Assembly (NCBI GenBank): GCA_040080595.1
Contig: JBEBIC010000002.1
Location: 1-35,712, forward strand
Source of the DNA: Bacteroidia bacterium
GTDB taxonomy: Bacteria; Bacteroidota; Bacteroidia; UBA4408
Direction: 5' to 3'
Length of the DNA: 35,712 nucleotides
Made by a program: the position numbers and the translations under genes. Of this stretch, positions 19,950 to 27,616 are shown in pieces; position 1 is the stretch's first letter, and the number at the start of each line of letters is the position of its first letter. Below the pieces are notes generated by a model, which did not search any database, was not told the DNA's origin, and saw nothing but the letters and a program-made list of their open reading frames with translations.

Positions 19950-21662
19950 ATGAAACAATTTTACACACTAGCTATTGCAATATCCTTAACAACAGTAGCA
20001 CAAGCACAAAACAACGCACAAGCCTTTGATTGGGCATTTAACCCAGGTTCGGCCAACAATATTTTAAAAGCTATGAAATACGACTCGCAAGGCAATGTAT
20101 TGGCCTTGTGTGCTATGTGGGACTCCGCTAATTTTGCAGGCGCACAAGTGGTGTCTCCTGCCGTAAGCGGTTATCCATCAACTAATTATTATATAGGCAA
20201 ACGCACCACAACAGGCACAGCCCAAATATTAATTGAACGCGGCTCAGCTAATACACTTGCTGATTTTAGCACGTTTAATTTAGATGCTAACGATAACATA
20301 ATAGTTGCAGGCGCAGCTACGTGGACTACAGGTTATGATTTTGGTAACGGGGTAAGCGTTGTGGGCAAAGGCTATATGATAGCTAAGCACAACGCTAGTG
20401 GTGTAGCACAATGGGCTAGGCTATACAACTTTGGCAACCCTACTATGAACTCGTTTTATAGTAACCCTTGGAAAATACAAACATTAGCAGATGGTAGCGT
20501 AATAGCACTACTGCGAGTAAGCAATAAGTTTGCCCTTATAAAAATAGATGCCTTAGGAAACGAGCTGTGGTATAAGGAATATGCAGTGGCAACTAATGGT
20601 AGTACATCTACTATTACAACATCAAACAATAGTTTTTTTGTTGATGCTACAGGTAATATAACCTTAAGTTATTTAACCGCTGTAAACTCGGGTACGCCTT
20701 ATTTATCTTTAAACAACGACACTACTAAAATTAATAACGGAGCGCATCCTGCAGTAACTTTTTTAGTACAATTTGATAGTAATGGTAACAAAAAATGGAA
20801 CAAAGGCTTTAGAGGTTTTATTACCGATTTGGCTGTGGAGCACCTAACGGGTAATGTATTATTGCTTTATGGGCAGTATGGTGGACAAAACAATGTGGCG
20901 CCAATGGATAGCCTGTATGGTAATAATTTATCGTTTAGTAATACTTATGGTGGTATTTTGGCGGTTGATTCTACTGGTAAATTTATTAAAGCTTCGCCCA
21001 CACAATTAAATACGTCAGAGTATAAATCAATATTGCCATTAGGAGGATTTAAAACAATAGTAACACGTAAGTATCAAACTACAGATGTACTTACGGCTGG
21101 TGCGCAAAACTATAGTGTTAGCACAGGTAGCGTATTTGCTTGGACGGAACTAGACGCTAACTTATTACCTGTATATTTTATAGCAGAGCCAGCAATAAGT
21201 ACGCAATTTGCCGAACCTGAAAACTTAATGGCTGTACAAGGCAATAAGGTAGCGGTGTGCGCCGCATGGCAACGTACCGACCAATTAAGTATAAACGTAA
21301 ACGGCACAACACTTACCGCTAATGATAAAAACACCTCGTTTGCTACACGCTACAATCCACCATTTAATATGTGGGGCGAGGATATTATGTTGGGACAATA
21401 CGACCGTACATTGCAAGGAACTACAGGTATTACAAAATTAACCAACAACACCATGAAAATATATCCTAACCCCAGCAACGGTACGTTTACAGTATTATCA
21501 ACACTTGTAGGTAAAACACTCACCATTACTGATGTTGCAGGTAAGCAAGTGTATAACACCACACTTACATCGGTAACACAACAAATAAATGCTGAACTTA
21601 ACGCAGGTATTTATTTTGTAAAAGTTGGTAATACTAAAACTCAGAAATTAATAGTTGAATAA
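19950..21662 (+). CDS. Secreted beta-propeller-like protein with T9SS type A C-terminal sorting domain
   Basis: Signal peptide ending AQAQ. Recurring 'D(A/S)xGN' strands (DSQGNVLAL, DANDNIIVAG, DALGNELW, DATGNITL, DSNGNKKW, DSTGKFIKA). The CTD reads 'KIYPNPSNGTFTV...GIYFVKVGNTKTQKLIVE'. Confidence 0.8.
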   Translation: MKQFYTLAIAISLTTVAQAQNNAQAFDWAFNPGSANNILKAMKYDSQGNVLALCAMWDSANFAGAQVVSPAVSGYPSTNYYIGKRTTTGTAQILIERGSANTLADFSTFNLDANDNIIVAGAATWTTGYDFGNGVSVVGKGYMIAKHNASGVAQWARLYNFGNPTMNSFYSNPWKIQTLADGSVIALLRVSNKFALIKIDALGNELWYKEYAVATNGSTSTITTSNNSFFVDATGNITLSYLTAVNSGTPYLSLNNDTTKINNGAHPAVTFLVQFDSNGNKKWNKGFRGFITDLAVEHLTGNVLLLYGQYGGQNNVAPMDSLYGNNLSFSNTYGGILAVDSTGKFIKASPTQLNTSEYKSILPLGGFKTIVTRKYQTTDVLTAGAQNYSVSTGSVFAWTELDANLLPVYFIAEPAISTQFAEPENLMAVQGNKVAVCAAWQRTDQLSINVNGTTLTANDKNTSFATRYNPPFNMWGEDIMLGQYDRTLQGTTGITKLTNNTMKIYPNPSNGTFTVLSTLVGKTLTITDVAGKQVYNTTLTSVTQQINAELNAGIYFVKVGNTKTQKLIVE

Positions 21663-21680
21663 CAAATAGTTTTACAAACA

Positions 21681-21725
21681 AATCGTCCGCAAGGCTTATA
21701 TAATAGGCCTTGCGGACGATTTAAT
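21681..21725. terminator. Hairpin between convergent genes
   Basis: Perfect 15-bp arms AATCGTCCGCAAGGC (21681-21695) and GCCTTGCGGACGATT (21707-21721). The flanking T-tracts are weak. Confidence 0.5.
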
Positions 21726-21739
21726 TTAACAAAATTATA

Positions 21740-22966
21740 CTACCTTATAGCATTAGCTTCTATTATTCGTACATTAAGTTGCAACTCGCTCAAGTGGCGA
21801 AACACCAACTCAAACGGAGCATGATAAAATTTACTTTCCCAAGTAAAATCTACTTTTTGTCCATCTATTACTTGTGTGGTGTTTTCAATACTTAACAGAG
21901 CAACATCGTGTACGTTATATGTTGTTTTTACAAGTGTAGCGTAATTTTGCAATGCGGTTTTAAGTGCTGTTAATTGTGGCGCAGGAGTATTTATACCATT
22001 AGCAAATAATAAACTTGTTGGTATGTCGTAGTTGCCATTACGCTCACGCAAAAACTCTACTTCGGTAGGGCGAGGTTGCGTATTGTTAGTAGTACCATCT
22101 ATCACAAAGTATTTTAGTTTATCTATTTGTGCGCACAAGTCATTGCTTGCTTTTTGCAACGCTGCATTATTTGTAGCATTGGCGGTATTACTCACATACT
22201 TTTGTGTGTTTGCATTAGTAGTGTACGCATAGGTTTCGTTTAAATATTTATTAGCCGAAAGATACACCGTTTCGTTCCATTGGTTTTGACGTGTGTTAAA
22301 TGGTAAAAACAATACACCCGCAGCACCCAATATAAGTATGGAGGTAATAATGGTGTTGGTTTTTGTATCCGCATTACGAATACCCGTAAAAAAATAAATG
22401 GGTAAAAACACAAACACTAATAGTTCCAAAGCACCCCACCACAGTACGTTTGCGCCAGGCCAATGCTGTACTTTAAATACTGCGCCTGTACTTATTAATA
22501 TACCAAATACAGTGGCAACGCCTATTATTAGCTTATTGCGTGTGGTTGCAGCTTCTTGTATTTTTAACACACACAGTAGTGGCAAAAACAATACACTCAT
22601 GCAAAACACCGCCAACATTAGCATTGCGCCAGCTCCAGGCCAGTGCATTAGTTTAAAAAACGACCCAATTATAAATCCGACAGCAGAAAACGTTCCGCTT
22701 ATTAACATTACTTTTTTCATAGCATAATAGTGTTTAAAGGTGAGTAATAAATTAGTTTCTTCCTGTATTTCATACAACTCTCGCTTAAAAAAACGAGGCA
22801 TTACACTTTGGTAACACTCCTCAAAACTGTGGTTGGGCAATAGTTCATCTTCCACTATACAGCAAATATGGTCCAACAGGTTAAGCTGCAGCTCTTCCGT
22901 TTCAATGCCACTACGTCTAATGTCGTTGAGTATAAACGCTACTTGCTCATGGGTTAATACCACCAT
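21740..22966 (-). CDS. PadR-linked multi-pass membrane protein with duplicated GldL/PorL-like 'FKxxHWPGA' hairpins and a GldM-N-like periplasmic domain
   Basis: Soluble N-terminal domain of about 80 aa, then TM helices across aa 85-222. These carry 'FFKLMHWPGAGAMLM' and 'VFKVQHWPGANVLWWGALELL'. The C-terminal 180 aa ends 'WESKFYHAPFELVFRHLSELQLNVRIIEANAI', which is reminiscent of the GldM N-terminal domain. The domain assignment is from memory of those families. Confidence 0.5.
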   Translation of the reverse strand: MVVLTHEQVAFILNDIRRSGIETEELQLNLLDHICCIVEDELLPNHSFEECYQSVMPRFFKRELYEIQEETNLLLTFKHYYAMKKVMLISGTFSAVGFIIGSFFKLMHWPGAGAMLMLAVFCMSVLFLPLLCVLKIQEAATTRNKLIIGVATVFGILISTGAVFKVQHWPGANVLWWGALELLVFVFLPIYFFTGIRNADTKTNTIITSILILGAAGVLFLPFNTRQNQWNETVYLSANKYLNETYAYTTNANTQKYVSNTANATNNAALQKASNDLCAQIDKLKYFVIDGTTNNTQPRPTEVEFLRERNGNYDIPTSLLFANGINTPAPQLTALKTALQNYATLVKTTYNVHDVALLSIENTTQVIDGQKVDFTWESKFYHAPFELVFRHLSELQLNVRIIEANAIR

Positions 22967-22969
22967 TGC

Positions 22970-23323
22970 TTACACGGTTTTTAATTTTAAGTCAAGCAAA
23001 AAAATCATCGTATTCATAAAATCCTGAAACTCCGTTACCTTTTCCTCCGCCAACGATTTTCCCGTTGGCGTTATGGTATAGTACTTACGTATGCGGTTAC
23101 CTACATTAACTGCATTGGTGGTTAATATTCCGTTGGCCTCAAGTGCGTGCAATGTAGGGTACAGCGCACCTTCGGTTAGTTGAATTTTACCTCCTGTAAG
23201 CTCTTTTACCTTTTGGGTAATTTCGTAGCCGTACATTTTATCGTTTTCCGATAATAACTTTAAAATAATTGTTTTTAAAGTTCCTTTTATTAGTTCTGAT
23301 GAATACATAATACAAATATACAC
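22970..23323 (-). CDS. PadR-family transcriptional regulator
   Basis: 'LKTIILKLLSENDKMYGYEITQKVKELTGGKIQLTEGALYPTLHALEANGIL' is a classic PadR winged helix. The true start may be the second Met at 23308. Confidence 0.85.
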   Translation of the reverse strand: MYICIMYSSELIKGTLKTIILKLLSENDKMYGYEITQKVKELTGGKIQLTEGALYPTLHALEANGILTTNAVNVGNRIRKYYTITPTGKSLAEEKVTEFQDFMNTMIFLLDLKLKTV

Positions 23324-23439
23324 TTTTATTTTTATATACCTAATTTTCTTATGTATTATTTATTTTTTAATCATATTCACATAATTCTATTAAATTTGAA
23401 TAAACATTTTACAAAAACAATAATTAAAAACTACTTATT

Positions 23440-23853
23440 ATGAACGGTGTAAACAAAGTTATTTTATTAGGTAATGTAGGTAAAGACCCCGAAATACAAC
23501 ACTTAGAAGGTGGTGTATCGGTAGCACGTTTTCCTATGGCAACTACCGAAAGCTACAAAGATAAAAACGGAAATAAAATAGACCAAACCGAGTGGCACAA
23601 CATAGTGGCATGGAGAGGATTGGCCGATGTAACCGAAAAAATAGTACGCAAAGGGTCGCAATTATACATTGAAGGGCGCTTACGTACACGCCAATGGGAA
23701 GATAAAGACAAAAACAAACGTTACACGACCGAAATAGTAGCTGATGTAATTACGGTTACTGGACGCCGCCCTGAGGCTGGTACTACTGGTACTGACGGTG
23801 CAGCATCATCATTTGATATGAATGCCAACGACGGTAACGATCTACCCTTTTAA
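23440..23853 (+). CDS. ssb: Single-stranded DNA-binding protein
   Basis: OB-fold 'MNGVNKVILLGNVGKDPE...TEWHNIVAW...LYIEGRLRTRQWEDKDKNKRYTTEIV', a G/T/A-rich linker and the C-terminal tip 'DLPF'. Confidence 0.9.
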   Translation: MNGVNKVILLGNVGKDPEIQHLEGGVSVARFPMATTESYKDKNGNKIDQTEWHNIVAWRGLADVTEKIVRKGSQLYIEGRLRTRQWEDKDKNKRYTTEIVADVITVTGRRPEAGTTGTDGAASSFDMNANDGNDLPF

Positions 23854-23887
23854 TTCTTTTTTATATTAACTAATCCCCACCCTTATT

Positions 23888-25237
23888 TTGGACGACCCCT
23901 CCACGAGTTACACTACGCTTTGTTCTATAATTCAACTACACGCCGAAGGTTTTGCTAACCCAACCAATTGGCTTATGGTACTATTACTTATTGTACTATT
24001 AATTTCGGCAGCATTTATATCGGCGGCTGAGGTAGCGTATTTTAGCCTTACGCCTGCATTATTAGAAATACTTAAACGTGGCGAAGATGCCACAAGTAAG
24101 CTGGTATTACAGCATTTACAATCGCCCAAAAAATTAATAGCAACGTTCCTCATTGCTATTAATTTAGTAAATATTGGTGTAGTTATTTTGTCGTCGTCGC
24201 TTATTAATAATACTGAACTTATAGTGTTCGAGTCCGAGTCGGTAAAGTTCGTATTTCAAGTAGTAATAGTTACGTTTTTAATATTGATAATAGGCGAAGT
24301 TGTACCTAAAATATATGCTTCGCTTAACGCACTATCATTAGTAAAACTAATGAGCGTACCGCTTAATGTTGCCACTAAAGTATTTAAGCCATTATCGGCA
24401 GTATTAGTAGGCTCTACAGCGTATATAGAAAAACGTTTTGCCAACAAACAAACTACAGTTTCCGTTGCCGATTTATCGCACGCATTAGAACTTACGCACG
24501 ACAACTCTGTACAAGAAAAATCGTTGCTAAAAGGTATTGTAAAATTTGGCAGTACCGAAGCTAGGCAAGTAATGACACCTCGTATTAATTTGGTAGCGTT
24601 TGATAACAAATTATCGTTTGAAGAATTAGTAAAAAACATAGAGGAACAGGGCTTTTCGCGCGTTCCTATTTACGAAGACAGTATTGAAAACATAGTAGGT
24701 ATTTTGCACATAAAAGACCTATTAAAACACCTTAATAATCCAGCCGATTTGGACTGGAACACCTTGTTGCGCCCCGCTTATTTTATACCCGAAAATAAAA
24801 AAATAGACGATTTATTAAAGGAATTTCAAACCCGAAAAATACACATAGCCCTAGTGGTTGATGAATACGGAGGCACATCAGGACTCATTACTTTTGATGA
24901 CGTGATAGAGGAAATAGTAGGCGAAATAAATGATGAGTTTGACGAGGACGATATTTTTTATTCGAAATTGGACGACAACAATTATTTATTTGAAGCCAAA
25001 ACATCTATTAACGATGTGTGCAAAGTATTGCAAATAGACAGTTCGCAGTTTGACCGTGTAAAAGCTGATGCCGATACCTTAGGCGGTTTTATATTGGAAA
25101 TGGAAGGGCGTATTCCATTAAAAAACGAATACATTAATTTTGAAAACTACACCTTTACTATAGAATCGGCAGATAGACGAAAAATAAAACGAGTAAAAAT
25201 AGAAATACACCCAGTAAATGAAGTTAATAGCAACTAA
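23888..25237 (+). CDS. gldE: Gliding motility-associated protein GldE (CNNM/DUF21 TM domain, CBS pair, CorC_HlyC)
   Basis: DUF21-type TM region, CBS pair ('TPRINLVAF...FSRVPIYEDSIENIVGILHIKDLL') and CorC C-terminal domain. The ssb-gldE-gldD order matches Flavobacterium johnsoniae. The ORF track uses a TTG start, so the exact start is uncertain. Confidence 0.8.
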   Translation: MDDPSTSYTTLCSIIQLHAEGFANPTNWLMVLLLIVLLISAAFISAAEVAYFSLTPALLEILKRGEDATSKLVLQHLQSPKKLIATFLIAINLVNIGVVILSSSLINNTELIVFESESVKFVFQVVIVTFLILIIGEVVPKIYASLNALSLVKLMSVPLNVATKVFKPLSAVLVGSTAYIEKRFANKQTTVSVADLSHALELTHDNSVQEKSLLKGIVKFGSTEARQVMTPRINLVAFDNKLSFEELVKNIEEQGFSRVPIYEDSIENIVGILHIKDLLKHLNNPADLDWNTLLRPAYFIPENKKIDDLLKEFQTRKIHIALVVDEYGGTSGLITFDDVIEEIVGEINDEFDEDDIFYSKLDDNNYLFEAKTSINDVCKVLQIDSSQFDRVKADADTLGGFILEMEGRIPLKNEYINFENYTFTIESADRRKIKRVKIEIHPVNEVNSN

Positions 25238-25811
25238 ACCTACACTCATTTTTACATTGTTTTGCATAGCATTAGCAAGTTGCAACACCAACTCTGAAGA
25301 CCTTGCTATACCTAAGCCCAAGGGATATTTGCGCATACAACTTCCTACCAAAACCTATACACACAACACCACAAGTTGCGGCTACTCGTTTGATGTGCCT
25401 ACTTATGCCACCGTAGAAAATAATACGCAAAGCAAAACCAACGAATGCTGGAAAAATGTAGAGTTTAAAACATTTAATGCCACGGTACATTTAAGCTATT
25501 TTAAGCTAGCAAATAATTTGGGCCAATACATTGAAGACGCTCGTAGCCTTGCTTACCGCCACACTGTAAAAGCAGAATACATAAACGAAACATTTTTTAA
25601 AAACGATACCAACAAAACATACGCTGTAGTGTATGATATTGGCGGTAATGCAGCAAGCAACTGCCAGTTTTTTATAACCGATAGTACACGCCATTTTGTG
25701 CGTGGTGCGTTGTATTACAACGTAGCGCCCAACTCCGATTCCCTACAACCCGTTAACGATTTTATAAAACAAGATATTCAACGTTTGATAGAAACGTTTG
25801 AGTGGAGGTAG
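25218..25811 (+). CDS. gldD: Gliding motility lipoprotein GldD
   Basis: Lipobox 'ALASC'. 'IPKPKGYLRIQLP' and 'YDIGGNAASNCQFFITDSTRHFVRGALYYN' match remembered GldD conservation. The gene overlaps gldE by 20 nt. Confidence 0.85.
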   Translation: MKLIATKPTLIFTLFCIALASCNTNSEDLAIPKPKGYLRIQLPTKTYTHNTTSCGYSFDVPTYATVENNTQSKTNECWKNVEFKTFNATVHLSYFKLANNLGQYIEDARSLAYRHTVKAEYINETFFKNDTNKTYAVVYDIGGNAASNCQFFITDSTRHFVRGALYYNVAPNSDSLQPVNDFIKQDIQRLIETFEWR

Positions 25812-25825
25812 AGGTGTAAAAAAAT

Positions 25826-25886
25826 ATAGCCCACGGTTTAAACCGTGGGCTATGAATAGCAGGGCGTGCTAACCGTTTCAACGGTT
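25826..25886. repeat. Two adjacent hairpins sharing an AACCGT core (possible gldD terminator or REP-like element)
   Basis: A perfect 28-bp palindrome ATAGCCCACGGTTT/AAACCGTGGGCTAT sits at 25826-25853. A second hairpin AACCGTT-TC-AACGGTT sits at 25871-25886. No U-tract follows either one. Confidence 0.5.
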
Positions 25887-25921
25887 TGTAAATATGAGTA
25901 TGTTTATTAAAACAACAAAAA

Positions 25922-26239
25922 ATGGAACTAAGCCAAAAACTAAAAACATTTATTGCAGCACAAAAATGGATTTTTGCTAAAACCTATGCTGCCACATGGC
26001 CTCACGAATATATTGTGCAAGAAAAAGTGGACAACGAATTGTATTTAGAATTAGCTACGCACATTGATACATTTGGCTATGAGAGTTATTTTTACAAAAC
26101 GAAACAAATTTATTTTGACTACGATGGATTTACTTACTGGCACATGGAAAACATAATTAATCGTTGTGTTGAGCGAGATACTTTTCATAGGAGAGAAATT
26201 GATGGGAGATTGCCAGAAGACAAACAACACAGCCATTAA
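25922..26239 (+). CDS. Small conserved-looking protein of unknown function (cassette gene A)
   Basis: 105 aa with aromatic-rich motifs 'WIFAKTYAATWPHEYIV' and 'YFDYDGFTYWHM'. A near-consensus -7 box TATGTTTA lies at 25899-25906. The stop codon overlaps the next start (TAATG). Confidence 0.55.
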   Translation: MELSQKLKTFIAAQKWIFAKTYAATWPHEYIVQEKVDNELYLELATHIDTFGYESYFYKTKQIYFDYDGFTYWHMENIINRCVERDTFHRREIDGRLPEDKQHSH

Positions 26240-27027
26240 TGAATAGCTGGGAAATTTTTGACGATTGGGGTTTAGAAAAAAAGAGTGTAAATAATTCCAA
26301 CGTACTAAATTGGAGCGACTTTGATGTGTTGAATAAATCGTTCAACACCATTATTGAAGCGCAATACAAAGAGTTGATACCACTCATTGAACAGTGGGAT
26401 AGCCTAACTATAGATTTAGGTAAAGATGCTACACATAAAAACTGGAGCAATTTTCGTCCTTTAAATTTATCAAGAGAAGAAGATTGGAGTAATTGGTTAG
26501 CTTTTCTTATTGAACATAGCGAGAGCGGAATGTTTTCCTATTATTTACTCAACGAAAAAGAAGGGAAAAACCCCAAAAAAGTACATAGAGAATTATCATG
26601 TGGAAACTATAGAGCAGATATTGTAATAAATTGGGAGGGCAATAATTATACACACATTGAAGTAAAGATTGGCGATGAAAATTTATTAAAAACATTTAAC
26701 ACATGTTTAACGTTAGAAGATAAATTCTCAAACACAAACTGGAAACACTACATTCTATTACTTTCTAATCAGGTAAATTCGTGGAATCAAGTAAGCTTTT
26801 TTCAATCTAAACACATAAGTCTTATAACGTGGGAAGATGTATCAATAGCGCTACGAAAATCTATATTAGGCGAAGAAAGTATAACGTGGAAAGTTTGGGC
26901 GTATTCGTTTATTGGCGTTATTGAACAAAAACTAATTGGTTTTAATGGACACTTGTTAAATGATAAACCAAAAGAAAATTTAGAAGTAAAATTGAACATA
27001 TTAAAACAAGGTTTAAAACATGAATAA
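26239..27027 (+). CDS. Predicted PD-(D/E)XK-fold nuclease-like protein (cassette gene B)
   Basis: 'SREEDWSNWLAFLIEHS' is a helix with acidic residues. It is followed by 'YRADIVINW-EGNNYTHIEVKIGD', giving D127...E141-V-K143, the D...(D/E)XK spacing of restriction-endonuclease-like folds. No other domain was recognised. Confidence 0.45.
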   Translation: MNSWEIFDDWGLEKKSVNNSNVLNWSDFDVLNKSFNTIIEAQYKELIPLIEQWDSLTIDLGKDATHKNWSNFRPLNLSREEDWSNWLAFLIEHSESGMFSYYLLNEKEGKNPKKVHRELSCGNYRADIVINWEGNNYTHIEVKIGDENLLKTFNTCLTLEDKFSNTNWKHYILLLSNQVNSWNQVSFFQSKHISLITWEDVSIALRKSILGEESITWKVWAYSFIGVIEQKLIGFNGHLLNDKPKENLEVKLNILKQGLKHE

Positions 27028-27481
27028 TGAACATATCAATTTTGTAAAAGAAGGGATTTTAAAATATAAAAGTGCAACCAATACTTATTTTTCGTTTAGG
27101 AAATATGTAAAAGAGGAGTTGCAAGAAATTTTAAAGGAAAAACAAAATTGGAGTGGTTTTACACCCAACCTCAAATCAATAAAAAGCACAACGTATGGAG
27201 ATAGTTATCCATTAATTAATGCAAGAGTTGAATGCGAGTATAACGGACAAAAACTGACATTAACCATTGCCATCAATTGGTATCAGGCTGATGCAGACAT
27301 TCCGTTTTATTGTGTATGGTTTGAAAGTGATAGTTTATTAGGCGAAACTTTGAATGAAAACTATTCGCTTGTTCAAAATCAATTACGGTTTTATCCTAAC
27401 TTTGAACAGCTGAATATGAAACAAGATTTTAATTTATTGATAGACGAATATTTAAGTCTTTTTTCAAAACAGAACCACTAA
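27020..27481 (+). CDS. Hypothetical protein (cassette gene C)
   Basis: 153-aa ORF overlapping gene B by 8 nt (ATGAATAA). No recognisable motif. Confidence 0.5.
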   Translation: MNNEHINFVKEGILKYKSATNTYFSFRKYVKEELQEILKEKQNWSGFTPNLKSIKSTTYGDSYPLINARVECEYNGQKLTLTIAINWYQADADIPFYCVWFESDSLLGETLNENYSLVQNQLRFYPNFEQLNMKQDFNLLIDEYLSLFSKQNH

Positions 27482-27558
27482 TCCAACATAACTTAGTTTA
27501 TAAGAGCCTCGTGCTATTTTCAATAACTACAAGTAAAAAATCTACCCTACATTTAACC

Positions 27559-27599
27559 AAAAAAATAGCGCTACTAAAATTTTAGTAGCGCTTTTTTTT
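27559..27599. terminator. Strong bidirectional rho-independent terminator
   Basis: A perfect 26-bp palindrome spans 27567-27592 (AGCGCTACTAAAA/TTTTAGTAGCGCT). It is flanked by A7 and T8, between the cassette and the convergent DUF3127 gene. Confidence 0.75.
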
Positions 27600-27616
27600 G
27601 TAATGTTATGTATTAG

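Noticed and set aside
23888-23990. Possible misannotated start of gldE (the ORF track begins at a TTG)
   Set aside because: This is not a biological anomaly. The N-terminal 25 residues precede the first TM helix, and an internal Met at 'WLMVLLL' is an alternative start. It cannot be resolved without alignment to orthologs, so the longer ORF is kept with this caveat.
25860-27520. Possible att-like direct repeat flanking the three-gene cassette (CGTGCTA at about 25865 and about 27510)
   Set aside because: The match is only 7 nt, which is easily chance in 35 kb. No integrase, transposase or tRNA target is adjacent, so mobility of the cassette is not supported by the sequence itself.
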